A stretch of DNA of 64,000 bases, taken from positions 8,367 through 72,366 of the forward strand of contig CAZNVG010000001.1 in NCBI GenBank assembly GCA_964576475.1, written 5' to 3'. This stretch comes from an uncultured Candidatus Saccharibacteria bacterium. GTDB lineage: Bacteria; Patescibacteriota; Saccharimonadia; Saccharimonadales; CAZNVG01. Positions 17,680 through 27,327 of this stretch are shown here, piece after piece; position 1 is the first letter of the stretch; each line of letters begins with the position of its first letter. The position numbers and the translations under genes are program-made. The notes below the pieces were generated by a model, which did not search any database, had not been told where the DNA came from, and saw nothing but the letters and a program-made list of their open reading frames with translations.

Positions 17680-18108
17680 CTACTGAAGATCGCCAATCTT
17701 GAGCTTTGAAAGTTCATTTGAAGCTTGCGACGAATGTTGCCCTTCACCACCCTGAGTGGCAAATAATTGCGAGCCATCTCGACCACATGCCTGGGTAATA
17801 ACACCACCGCCCGGATGCTGAGAAATATAGCTAGTAAGGTCGTATACGCTATTGTTGATAATTGTCCAACAATCAGACGAACTGTTGTGCATAGCAACAA
17901 TATCCTGCGTTAGACCCTCGGCGGTACTTGGAGTAGCCGTATTGTCCGTCGTGGGACTTTGCGATGACTGAGTGGTGGGTTGATTTTGCAAAGTGGTTGA
18001 CTGCGAACCTACTGAGCTAGGGCGATCTTTTGCGAACGCCAGCGCAGCACCTCCACCAATTAATATAACTGCTATGACACTAATAATCGCGATCGTTGAT
18101 TTTGGCAT
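17680..18108 (-). CDS. membrane-anchored cytochrome b5-like heme-binding domain protein
   Basis: N-terminal TM, Ser/Thr/Gln-rich linker, then C-terminal HNSSSDCWTIINNSVYDLTSYISQHPGG, which is the cytochrome b5 HPGG motif. Confidence 0.5.
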   Translation of the reverse strand: MPKSTIAIISVIAVILIGGGAALAFAKDRPSSVGSQSTTLQNQPTTQSSQSPTTDNTATPSTAEGLTQDIVAMHNSSSDCWTIINNSVYDLTSYISQHPGGGVITQACGRDGSQLFATQGGEGQHSSQASNELSKLKIGDLQ

Positions 18109-18152
18109 GTATGCTCCTCGTATAACTGTTTCTAAGAAACTAGTATACCGCT

Positions 18153-18818
18153 CTATAGCTTTATTTTTGCTGAAGGATTGTTTCGAACAACGCCCATGAC
18201 ACCAAGTTTTTGCAGTCTACGTACTCGTGTAGGACTGTCGACGGTGTAGACAAACACCTCTAGACCTTGCATTTTTGCGCGCATTAAGGCGAGTCGATTA
18301 GCGATTACCCACTTAAGGGCAAGATAGCTAAGACCAAGTTTTTGCTGTTCTCTTGCACTTACAAACGGCCATTTGTTACGTAGTAGCGCTCGTGGTATTT
18401 CTGGCAACTCTTTCTTTGTCTCTTCAAGTGCCTGCGGCAGAAATGAGCTGATAATGACTGTAGCAGTCGTTGCGTCCAAGCACTCTCGTACTAACGGAGT
18501 GCAACCGGTCTCCTTAAGTTCAATGTTTACTCCAGTTCTGGTGCCGATTGTACGAAGAGCACTTTTGAGGTCCACACTGTGTGTGCCATCTAATCTTGGC
18601 ATTTCGACAATTTCAGCCAAACGCAGTGAACGTATAGGTTTGTCTATTCCATATAAGCGCTTCAAATCAGGATCATGCATAACAATAAGCTGGTCATCCA
18701 AGGTTTTGCGTACATCTAGCTCTACAAAGTCCACGCCCGCTGATATTGCTCTCTCAAAACCGAGCAAAGTATTTTCCGCCACTTCACCCATAGCACCACG
18801 ATGTCCAAATATCTTCAT
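18153..18818 (-). CDS. glycerophosphodiester phosphodiesterase family protein
   Basis: MKIFGHRGAMGEVAENTLLGFERAISAGVDFVELDVRKTLDDQLIVMHD is a GDPD signature. Start moved to the internal ATG. Confidence 0.7.
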   Translation of the reverse strand: MKIFGHRGAMGEVAENTLLGFERAISAGVDFVELDVRKTLDDQLIVMHDPDLKRLYGIDKPIRSLRLAEIVEMPRLDGTHSVDLKSALRTIGTRTGVNIELKETGCTPLVRECLDATTATVIISSFLPQALEETKKELPEIPRALLRNKWPFVSAREQQKLGLSYLALKWVIANRLALMRAKMQGLEVFVYTVDSPTRVRRLQKLGVMGVVRNNPSAKIKL

Positions 18819-18866
18819 TACTTGTAAGTGTAGTACACTTAAGTAAGAAATAAGAGGAGAAAACCT

Positions 18867-19394
18867 GTGCCAGATTTCAATGCCGTACTTAATCCCGGTG
18901 ACTACGAAAACAACATCATACACACTGTCATTGAGATACCTAAAGGTTCCAGTCACAAAATAGAATGGAACCGTGAGAAAGCTGCCTTTCAACTTGATCG
19001 TGTTGAACCAGCCATATTTGCAAAGCCCACAAACTACGGATTTATTCCTCAGACATTAGATGAAGATGGTGATGAACTTGATACTCTAGTTATTACAGAT
19101 GAGCCACTGCCTACGGGCATCTTCCTTGAAGCAAAAGTTATCGGAGTATTAAACTTTGAAGACGATGGCGAGATGGATCACAAAATAGTATGCGTACCGG
19201 CAGACGATAGAAACACAGGCGATGCTATCGCATCACTAGATGACATATCAGACGCACTCAAAAACCAGATAGCACACCACTTTACACACTACAAAGATCT
19301 CAAAAAACCAGGCAGCACAAAAGTATTAGGTTGGGGCGACATTGAGGAAGCAAAAAAGATTATTGCTGAGTGTATAGATCGTTACGTTGCATAA
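18867..19394 (+). CDS. ppa: inorganic pyrophosphatase
   Basis: Family I PPase pattern (IEIPKGS..K.E, DGDELD). GTG start after AAGAGGAG. Confidence 0.8.
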   Translation: MPDFNAVLNPGDYENNIIHTVIEIPKGSSHKIEWNREKAAFQLDRVEPAIFAKPTNYGFIPQTLDEDGDELDTLVITDEPLPTGIFLEAKVIGVLNFEDDGEMDHKIVCVPADDRNTGDAIASLDDISDALKNQIAHHFTHYKDLKKPGSTKVLGWGDIEEAKKIIAECIDRYVA

Positions 19395-19454
19395 AAACTA
19401 TCAAAACATCGCCAATTAAAAAACACTTGCCAACAAGCTTCTCATAGACGCAGT

Positions 19455-19483
19455 TTAACGCTTAAGCGTAAGCATGATACAAT
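19455..19483 (+). promoter_or_regulatory. sigma70-like promoter (TTAACG, 17-nt spacer, TGaTACAAT) containing the 12-bp palindrome ACGCTTAAGCGT
   Basis: Seen directly, upstream of gap and the long sugar-phosphate operon. Confidence 0.4.
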
Positions 19484-19509
19484 TTCCTTGATATAAATCG
19501 GGGGGATTG

Positions 19510-20526
19510 ATGAAAGTTACAGTAGCAATTAATGGATTCGGAAGAATAGGACGAAACGCATTTAAGATTGCTTTTGATCGAGCTGATCTTGAGATTGTTG
19601 CGATTAATGACCTTACAGATACAAAAACGCTGGCGCACCTACTAAAGCACGATAGTAACTACGGTGCATATGATCATGAGGTCACCTACGACGACACGAA
19701 TATAGTCGTTGATGGACAAAGAATAAAAGTCTTGGCTGAAAAAGATCCAAAAAACCTACCCTGGAAAGATTTAAATGTTGATATCGTCATTGAATCTACT
19801 GGATTCTTTACCAAGCACGATCAACTGCTGATGCATATTGAGGCAGGTGCTAAACGTGTCATCCTCTCAGCCCCCGAGAAAGACGACACTCACCACGACA
19901 CGTATGTTATGGGCGTCAATGAGCAAGATCTAAAGAAGGACCATCAGATAATTTCAAACGCCAGTTGTACTACAAACTGTATTACACCTGTTATGGGTGT
20001 GATGGAGTCGGTTTTTGGAATTGAAAAAGCAATGATGACAACTGTGCATAGTTACACTGCGTCACAAAGACTACAGGATGCTCCAGCTAAAGATCTTAGG
20101 GAGGCACGAAACGCAGCCGAGAACATTGTGCCCACCACTACGGGGGCGAGTATAGCCGCAGGTTTAGCGCTGCCGGCTTTAAAGGGTATCTTTGGCGGCA
20201 TGAGTGTACGTGTACCCACTCCAGTTGTGTCACTGAGCGACTTCGTCATCATCACTAAGCGTAATGTTACGGTAGATGAAGTAAAAAAAGCGTTTAAAGA
20301 CGCAGCTGCACAACCTTACTACCAAGGAATACTTGCGGCTACTGAAGAAGAATTGGTGAGCAGTGACTACATAGGTAACTCACACAGCGCTACTGTTGAT
20401 TTACCATTAACTGCGGTCGTTGGCGGCAACATGGTGAAGATCGTAGCTTGGTACGATAACGAATGGGGCTATAGTAACCGACTCGTTGAAATGGTTGCTG
20501 AAGCAGGCCGACAACTACAAAGCTGA
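19510..20526 (+). CDS. gap: glyceraldehyde-3-phosphate dehydrogenase
   Basis: NGFGRIGR N-terminus and catalytic SNASCTTNC. Confidence 0.9.
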   Translation: MKVTVAINGFGRIGRNAFKIAFDRADLEIVAINDLTDTKTLAHLLKHDSNYGAYDHEVTYDDTNIVVDGQRIKVLAEKDPKNLPWKDLNVDIVIESTGFFTKHDQLLMHIEAGAKRVILSAPEKDDTHHDTYVMGVNEQDLKKDHQIISNASCTTNCITPVMGVMESVFGIEKAMMTTVHSYTASQRLQDAPAKDLREARNAAENIVPTTTGASIAAGLALPALKGIFGGMSVRVPTPVVSLSDFVIITKRNVTVDEVKKAFKDAAAQPYYQGILAATEEELVSSDYIGNSHSATVDLPLTAVVGGNMVKIVAWYDNEWGYSNRLVEMVAEAGRQLQS

Positions 20527-20966
20527 TGAAGATAATACTTGGATCCGACCATAACGGCTTTCACTTAAAACTCGAGCTTATGGAGTATCTTGATAAGCAT
20601 GGGTACGAGGTAGAAGATGCTGGCGATAAGGAACTGAACCCAGATGACGATTTTCCGCAGTTCGCAGCATCTGCAGTCACAAAACTTATCGGCGGCAACG
20701 ACGATGACAAGGCGATTCTGATTTGTGGATCTGGACAAGGAATGGCTATGGCAGCAAACCGCTTTACTGGCATAAGGGCAGCGCTCGTGTGGGACGAAGC
20801 ATCGGCAAAATCTTCACGTCGTGAAGACGACAGCAACGTTCTCGTCTTACCTGCGCATGTCATTGCTTCAGACACGGCGAATACTATTGTTGAGTCTTGG
20901 CTAAACACTCCGTTCGATAATGCGCCGCGTAGAATTCGTCGGCTCAAAGAGCTAGACAGTTTATAG
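20526..20966 (+). CDS. rpiB: ribose-5-phosphate isomerase B
   Basis: MKIILGSDHNGFHLK...ILICGSGQGMAMAANR is the RpiB/LacAB pattern. Confidence 0.85.
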   Translation: MKIILGSDHNGFHLKLELMEYLDKHGYEVEDAGDKELNPDDDFPQFAASAVTKLIGGNDDDKAILICGSGQGMAMAANRFTGIRAALVWDEASAKSSRREDDSNVLVLPAHVIASDTANTIVESWLNTPFDNAPRRIRRLKELDSL

Positions 20967-20985
20967 CAGTGCTACAATAAACTAC

Positions 20986-21612
20986 ATGGCAATTATCGCA
21001 CCCTGTATTACGGCACTTACACTAGATGACTATGCACAACAACTTGCAAAGATAGAAGCATTTGCGCAGCGCCTTCATATCGATCTAGCCGACGGTGACT
21101 TTGCGCCCGTCAGCTTAGTGCCACCACAGAACGTGCATTGGCCAAAGACTGCAACAGCTGACATACATGTCATGTATCAACAGCCCTTGTCTATTCTAGA
21201 AACGCTCATTAGCCTCCATGCCCAGACTCTTATTCTTCAAATTGAAGCTGATGATGTAATGGTTTGTCTGCAAAATCTAACACAACTTGGCGTGCGTAGA
21301 GGTCTATCACTGCTACCAGACACACCAGCCGAAGCGCTTAAACCTTTCTTGGAATTTGTGGATCATGTCTTAATTTTTAGTGGCGATCTAGGTCATTTTG
21401 GCGGCAAAGTTAATACCGCGCACTTAAGCAAAGTGGCTGAAATAAAGTCATGGCGGAGTGAACTTGAAATAGGTTGGGATGGCGGAGTGAACGCAGACAA
21501 CGCGAGGCAGCTTATGCAGGGCGGTGTCGATGTCTTAAACAGTGGCGGATTCATACAAAAGTCTGATGATCCGCAACGAGCGTACCAACAACTTGTTGAC
21601 GCCATTAGCTAG
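20986..21612 (+). CDS. rpe: ribulose-phosphate 3-epimerase-like TIM-barrel protein
   Basis: IAPCI...HIDLADGDFAP...DIHVM...WDGGV parallels the Rpe motifs. Operon context with rpiB and tkt supports the call. Confidence 0.6.
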   Translation: MAIIAPCITALTLDDYAQQLAKIEAFAQRLHIDLADGDFAPVSLVPPQNVHWPKTATADIHVMYQQPLSILETLISLHAQTLILQIEADDVMVCLQNLTQLGVRRGLSLLPDTPAEALKPFLEFVDHVLIFSGDLGHFGGKVNTAHLSKVAEIKSWRSELEIGWDGGVNADNARQLMQGGVDVLNSGGFIQKSDDPQRAYQQLVDAIS

Positions 21613-21672
21613 CTCACTAACTCTTTTTGCTTATGGTACTATTAATTTCAGACGAGGGGGTTTTACGTAAAC

Positions 21673-22527
21673 ATGCAAAAACTAACACTGCAGGAGTTAG
21701 AACTACAGGCGAATGATATTCGCGAAAGTATCATCAAGATGCTCGTCGCGGCCGGCAGCGGACATTCTGCCGGGCCACTAGGTCTCGCTGATATATTCGC
21801 AGCACTGTATTTTGATGTTATGAATCACGATCCTAAGAACCCAGAGTGGGAGGATCGAGACATTTTAATACTTAGTAATGGTCACTGTGCGCCAGTACGC
21901 TACGCCGCAATGGCTCATGCCGGCTTTTTCCCACTCGAGGAGCTTAAGACCCTGCGAAAATTTGGATCAAGACTTCAAGGTCATCCTGAGAGAACCAAGC
22001 TACCTGGGCTCGAAACAACCAGTGGACCACTCGGATCTGGGTTGTCGCAAGCTTCTGGAATGGCTCGAGCGCTGCAGATCGACAATGACCACCATCGTTG
22101 GGTTTACTGTATCTGTGGCGACGGTGAACTAGATGAGGGAAATATTTGGGAGGCTGCGATGTTTGCAGCCAAGTATCGACTTTATAACCTCACACTCATA
22201 ATCGATAGAAACAATATCCAGATTGATGGGCCTACCGAGCATGTTATGCCACTCGAAGATCTAAAACGGAAGTGGGACGCCTTTGGTTGGCACGTGCTTG
22301 AAATCGACGGCAACAATATTGAGGCCATCATTGATGCATGCAGTATGAGCCGTGCTGTCGTGGAGAAGCCAACGGTTATCATTGCGCACACTATTCCTGG
22401 TAAAGGAGTGGATTTCATGGAGTTTGACTATCGTTGGCATGGTAAGCCGCCCAAGCCGGACGAAGCGAAAAAGGCACTACATGAACTGCGCACTTTAGAA
22501 GGTAAGATACGATCGGAGCACCAATGA
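21673..22527 (+). CDS. transketolase, N-terminal subunit (split tkt)
   Basis: TPP-binding GHSAGPLGLADIFAALY...GDGELDEGNIWEA. Confidence 0.85.
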   Translation: MQKLTLQELELQANDIRESIIKMLVAAGSGHSAGPLGLADIFAALYFDVMNHDPKNPEWEDRDILILSNGHCAPVRYAAMAHAGFFPLEELKTLRKFGSRLQGHPERTKLPGLETTSGPLGSGLSQASGMARALQIDNDHHRWVYCICGDGELDEGNIWEAAMFAAKYRLYNLTLIIDRNNIQIDGPTEHVMPLEDLKRKWDAFGWHVLEIDGNNIEAIIDACSMSRAVVEKPTVIIAHTIPGKGVDFMEFDYRWHGKPPKPDEAKKALHELRTLEGKIRSEHQ

Positions 22528-23483
22528 GCCTCATACACACGCTAAACGATGACCTTCCTACTGAGCCAATACGAGCGGGTTTTGGACGAGGGTTGCTAGC
22601 TGCTGGTAAGGAAAATGACTCAATCGTCGCGCTGTGTGCGGATCTTACAGAGTCCACGCAAATGCACCTATTTGCAGAAGAATTTCCCGAGCGTTTTGTA
22701 GAAATAGGTGTTGCTGAACAAAACCTTGCAACCGTAGCTGCAGGAATGGCAGCAATGGACAAAATTCCTTTCTGTAGTTCATACGCAGCGTTTAGCCCAG
22801 GTAGAAACTGGGAACAGATTAGAACAACTGCATGTCTTAACGATCGACCGGTAAAGATTATAGGCTCGCACGCCGGAGTCTCGGTTGGTCCGGATGGCGC
22901 AACTCACCAAATGTTAGAAGATATTGCTCTGATGCGGGCACTCCCGAATATGGTTGTTATTGCTCCGTGTGATGCAGTAGAGGCCGAGAAGGCCACATTA
23001 GCAATGGCAGGTGATTCGCGACCTAACTACATGCGCTTAGCGCGCGAGGCTACGCCCGTTTTTACAAAAAAGGACACACCATTTGATCTCAACAAAGCAC
23101 AAGTGTTCAAAGAGGGCAGCGATCTTACTATCATTGCAACAGGCGCAATGACATATCAGGCCCTCATGGCTGCGGAACATCTTAAAAAAGATGGCATAAG
23201 TGCGGAAGTGGTACATGTCGCTGTAATCAAACCACTAGATAGTACGACTATACTAGCCAGTGCCAAAAAGACAGGTAGGGTAATTACTTGTGAAGAACAC
23301 CAAATAACCGGAGGACTTGGTGGAGCTATTGCCGAGCTTCTGAGTGAAAAACATCCAACACGCATTCGCAGAATCGGTATACCAGATGTCTTTGGTGAAT
23401 CGGGTACTACACAAGAGCTATTTGAGCACTTTGGCCTTACTGGCAAACAGATTGCTGCCGTCGCTCACGAAATCTTAGACTAA
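22524..23483 (+). CDS. transketolase, C-terminal subunit (split tkt)
   Basis: Pyrimidine-binding and C-terminal transketolase domains. Start overlaps the N-terminal subunit stop. Confidence 0.85.
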   Translation: MSLIHTLNDDLPTEPIRAGFGRGLLAAGKENDSIVALCADLTESTQMHLFAEEFPERFVEIGVAEQNLATVAAGMAAMDKIPFCSSYAAFSPGRNWEQIRTTACLNDRPVKIIGSHAGVSVGPDGATHQMLEDIALMRALPNMVVIAPCDAVEAEKATLAMAGDSRPNYMRLAREATPVFTKKDTPFDLNKAQVFKEGSDLTIIATGAMTYQALMAAEHLKKDGISAEVVHVAVIKPLDSTTILASAKKTGRVITCEEHQITGGLGGAIAELLSEKHPTRIRRIGIPDVFGESGTTQELFEHFGLTGKQIAAVAHEILD

Positions 23484-23534
23484 AATACTACCTCTCCGTG
23501 GTACCATAAGCTTAAGAATTAACAGGGAATTACC

Positions 23535-24449
23535 ATGCCACTGACACTAAGAGAAATACGAGAAAACTGCCAAAAAGCTCGAGAGACGATGAAGCGAGCA
23601 CGTGACGAACACTTTGCGCTTGGCGCATTTAACCTTGATAACCAAGAAACGCTAATCGCGGTAGCACGAGCAGCTGCCGCTAAAAAGGCGCCACTAATGG
23701 TTGAAGTTTCTCAGGGCGAAGTAGAGGTCCTCGGACTCGAAAACGTGCGCGATATGGTCGAAAACTACAAGGCGCAGTATGGCATTGAGATGTATATTAA
23801 CCTTGACCATAGTCCATCTGTCGAAAATGCAATCGCAGGCATTGAAGCTGGATTCGAGTTTATCCATATAGACATAAGCCAAGCAAACCATGACGCTACC
23901 CACGAAGAAATAGTTAGCAAAACACGTGAAGTGGTTGAGGCAGCCAAACTGACCGGTGCACTCGTCGAGAGTGAACCACATTACTTTGGTGGCGGCTCTA
24001 ACAAGTTCACTGAAGCTTTTGATCCAGAAGAAATTAAAAAGTTCTTTAGTACTCCAGAGGGCGCGCGTTCCTTCGTAGAAGAAACTGGCATAGATACCTT
24101 TGCTGCCAGTGTCGGCAATTTGCATGGTCAGTACCCGGTACCTAAGGAGTTGCATCTAGATTTACTACAACAAATTAGAGATGCACTGCAGTGCAACATT
24201 AGCTTGCATGGAGGCTCCGGCACGCCAGGACATTTCTTTGAGGAAGCTGTTCGAATTGGTGTTAATAAGATAAACATCAACTCCGATATGCGCGTAGCTT
24301 ACAGAGACACACTTGAAAAGGTGCTCGCAGAAAACAAAACAGAATATGCCGTCGTCAAGCTCATGGGCACAGTTATCAGCGAAGTTCAAAAAGTCGTGGA
24401 GAGCAAGCTAGATATGTTTCAGTCGAGCGGGAAGGCTCGTGTTTACTAG
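23535..24449 (+). CDS. fba: class II fructose-bisphosphate (ketose-bisphosphate) aldolase
   Basis: FbaA/KbaY-like pattern (NLDHS, HGGSG). Confidence 0.8.
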   Translation: MPLTLREIRENCQKARETMKRARDEHFALGAFNLDNQETLIAVARAAAAKKAPLMVEVSQGEVEVLGLENVRDMVENYKAQYGIEMYINLDHSPSVENAIAGIEAGFEFIHIDISQANHDATHEEIVSKTREVVEAAKLTGALVESEPHYFGGGSNKFTEAFDPEEIKKFFSTPEGARSFVEETGIDTFAASVGNLHGQYPVPKELHLDLLQQIRDALQCNISLHGGSGTPGHFFEEAVRIGVNKININSDMRVAYRDTLEKVLAENKTEYAVVKLMGTVISEVQKVVESKLDMFQSSGKARVY

Positions 24450-24452
24450 TCC

Positions 24453-25412
24453 ATGGGTATAAAAGTTGTGAGTATTGGGGCAGCGGTTCAGGATGTGTTT
24501 TTGCAAGGCAAAATTTTTACGCCCAAGACTGAATCTGATGGCTCACAAGTTGAAGAGTTCGTACTCGGAAGCAAGAACGACATCGAAGGCGTTGTCTACA
24601 GCACAGGGGGTGGTGCTACTAACGCGGCAGTCACCTTTGCACGGCAAGGACTTGAGTCTTGTTATATGGGGAAAGTAGGTAATGACATGGCGGGTCAGGC
24701 CGTTAGGCACGACCTAGAAAAAGAATCCGTCGATACAACTCTTATGGGACAATCGACAAAATTCGGTACAGGGTATTCAGCGCTATTATTAGCACCTAAT
24801 GGAGAAAGAACAATTCTTACCTATAGAGGTGCAAGTACACACTACGAAATAACTAAAGACGACCTAACCCATGTCGAGGCTGACTGGTTCTATATAAGTT
24901 CCCTTGAAGGTAATTTCGAAGTAGTTGAGACATTGTTGCTTTATGCAGCTGAAAAAGGAATTAAAGTCGCATGGAATCCTGGCAAGAAAGAGTTAGACAA
25001 TAAGGATGAAATACTGACGTTGCTGCCCCACGTGACTATCCTTAGTCTCAATAAAGAAGAGATGCAGCTTTTATTTACAGGGGATAGTATTGAAACTCTA
25101 GCTCAGGCCGCTGCACAGAAAGTACAGTTTGCAGTCGTAACAGATGGGCCGCGCGGTCTGGCTGCTGCGAGTAACAACGAAACGCTAAAAGCAGGTATGT
25201 ATGAAGACGTACCCGTCGTAGACCGGACAGGAGCAGGTGATGCGTTTTGCTCAGGTTTTAGTGCGGCAATAATGCAGGGGCAGTCACTGAGAGACGCGAT
25301 ACTACTGGGTAGCGCTAATTCAACGAGTGTTGTGAGTAAAATTGGTGCCAAAGCCGGAATTTTGCAAAAAGATGCTCAACTGCACGACATGCCAATAGAG
25401 GCGGTTAATTAG
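24453..25412 (+). CDS. PfkB-family sugar kinase (ribokinase or phosphofructokinase-like)
   Basis: GGGATNAAV near the N-terminus and DRTGAGDAFCSGF near the C-terminus are PfkB signatures. Confidence 0.75.
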   Translation: MGIKVVSIGAAVQDVFLQGKIFTPKTESDGSQVEEFVLGSKNDIEGVVYSTGGGATNAAVTFARQGLESCYMGKVGNDMAGQAVRHDLEKESVDTTLMGQSTKFGTGYSALLLAPNGERTILTYRGASTHYEITKDDLTHVEADWFYISSLEGNFEVVETLLLYAAEKGIKVAWNPGKKELDNKDEILTLLPHVTILSLNKEEMQLLFTGDSIETLAQAAAQKVQFAVVTDGPRGLAAASNNETLKAGMYEDVPVVDRTGAGDAFCSGFSAAIMQGQSLRDAILLGSANSTSVVSKIGAKAGILQKDAQLHDMPIEAVN

Positions 25413-25453
25413 CATGATGCTTATGCTATACTTGACCTAAAAGGTAAACAAAC

Positions 25454-26695
25454 ATGTGCAGAATTATTGCTGAATTATTACAAGCCAAACAACCAGAATT
25501 TAAACTAGCCCTTCAACAGCTCGAGCAATCAAGCGGACGACCTGGAGTCGATCTGCAGCTATTAGGCAACATACTCGAGTCATCGTTTAGGAAGATTCAA
25601 GAGCTTGGCTTAGATCCCAACGACACTACTGGGCCCGAGCTCTATCATGCACTCAAAGGTCTTATGAAAAAACACGACCAGCATCTGGCACGAAAAATTG
25701 GCGGTAAGAGTACAGACAAGCCAAGCACACTGATACCGTTAATCAAGCAAGCTGTAGAGAAAGTCGACATTCCCAAAACCTGTTGGGTGCTTAAGAAATC
25801 TGTTGCTCGCCAAATGTTACGCGATAATCCCCCGCCGCAGATTATGAAACTCATGGGCTATCGATCCATAGAGCAGCTTCTCAAGAAGGAAGAATTATTT
25901 GAAGTATACGGAGCACTTCGTTTTGCAGAAGGACCTGAGTGGCTCAACCACTTCGACGAGCAGTACAAAAACCTAAAACCGAGCGACTTCGAGACTCGTC
26001 ATATCGAAATTGTTGTCATGCCCGCTGAGAGATGGGCCGATATCTGCGAGCCCTTCATACATAAAAAGAAACATAATATTACACATCTGAAGGAACTTGG
26101 TGTCATTTTAATGCTCCCAATCAAGAAAGAGCACATGCCAGGCATAGTTTTATTCGCAACAAGTTTGCTATTCCACTACATTAACGAGATAAGGCTCTAT
26201 AGTTCTTTCTTTAAGCTGCAACAGGTCAAAAAGAATTTCGCTGAGATATTTATTGAGACCCTTATTGCCGATCCCGCTAAGCACGCAGTCATGTCGGGTA
26301 ATCATATACACTGGCGCGTTATCCAGCGTTACTTCGGAAAACTCAAGAACGAGTATCATCCAGAAATATTCGAGCCGCACGTACAACCCGAGGACCTCCA
26401 TTGGCGTAAAGCCGAGGAAGCACTGTATGCTATTGATCCTGAACTCGAGTACTGGAAGAACATGGACTATGTGGGTCGAATGTATGAGGACGGCCCGGTT
26501 ACATTCAACATGATGGATATCGCAGCTAGTTATGCCAACGGAACTCCGTACGAAGAACGCGAGCTATATCATTTCCGTGAGTCACTTTGGAACGAAATCT
26601 TTATCAGATACATGGGCCAGAAAACTCTTGAGTCCCAAATTTTAAAGCAGTTAGATAACGACATGATTGCTCCAGAGAAGCTTGTACCGGCATGA
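25454..26695 (+). CDS. hypothetical protein (413 aa, soluble), translationally coupled to the downstream LOG-family gene
   Basis: No recognisable family. Sits inside the sugar-phosphate operon. Its stop overlaps the next ATG in ATGA. Confidence 0.5.
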   Translation: MCRIIAELLQAKQPEFKLALQQLEQSSGRPGVDLQLLGNILESSFRKIQELGLDPNDTTGPELYHALKGLMKKHDQHLARKIGGKSTDKPSTLIPLIKQAVEKVDIPKTCWVLKKSVARQMLRDNPPPQIMKLMGYRSIEQLLKKEELFEVYGALRFAEGPEWLNHFDEQYKNLKPSDFETRHIEIVVMPAERWADICEPFIHKKKHNITHLKELGVILMLPIKKEHMPGIVLFATSLLFHYINEIRLYSSFFKLQQVKKNFAEIFIETLIADPAKHAVMSGNHIHWRVIQRYFGKLKNEYHPEIFEPHVQPEDLHWRKAEEALYAIDPELEYWKNMDYVGRMYEDGPVTFNMMDIAASYANGTPYEERELYHFRESLWNEIFIRYMGQKTLESQILKQLDNDMIAPEKLVPA

Positions 26696-27306
26696 AATAC
26701 TCGATTTGCGTCTCTGGCGCCGCTTCAGGCAAGACCGTAGAACTCGCCCATGACATGGCGAGCAAGTTAGGTCAGATCATTGCAAAACGCGGCCATATTC
26801 TAACTACGGGAGCAACGGTAGGGCTTCCGTATTATGCGGCTGTTGCTGCGAGCAAGGCCGGTGGTATGAGTATTGGCTTTTCACCAGCCTCAAGCCTCCG
26901 TGAGCACGCTTTCAAATACAATCTGCCCATTGGTGTCTATGACTTCATAAACTTCACAGGCATGCACTATGTTGGACGAGACGTACATCTCGTACAGTCT
27001 AGTGACGCAATCATTACAGTCGGCGGCCGATTCGGCAGTTTGCATGAATTCACAACCGCTCTTGAATCATATATGCCGTGCGGCGTACTGCTTGGAAGCG
27101 GGGGGACTGCAGACGTCATTCCCGAACTTATGAATAGACTTGAGTACGAAAGTAAAAAACTAGTGATTTTTGATACCGATCCTGAAGAATTAGTAGATAA
27201 AATTATCAAAAAACTGGATGAAGAGTTTAAAGACATAGATACTCATGCACTGAAAGCTCGTTGGGCAGTTCCTGAAAAGAAAGAATCTTCAGGCCATAAA
27301 GGCTAG
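26692..27306 (+). CDS. LOG/TIGR00725-family Rossmann-fold protein (putative nucleotide 5'-monophosphate phosphoribohydrolase)
   Basis: MKYSICVSGAASG...TTGATVGLPYYAA...VGGRFGSLHEFTTAL parallels the LOG motifs GGGxGxM...PGGxGTxxE. Confidence 0.5.
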   Translation: MKYSICVSGAASGKTVELAHDMASKLGQIIAKRGHILTTGATVGLPYYAAVAASKAGGMSIGFSPASSLREHAFKYNLPIGVYDFINFTGMHYVGRDVHLVQSSDAIITVGGRFGSLHEFTTALESYMPCGVLLGSGGTADVIPELMNRLEYESKKLVIFDTDPEELVDKIIKKLDEEFKDIDTHALKARWAVPEKKESSGHKG

Positions 27307-27327
27307 GTTGCTTGCTACAATGTCTGT

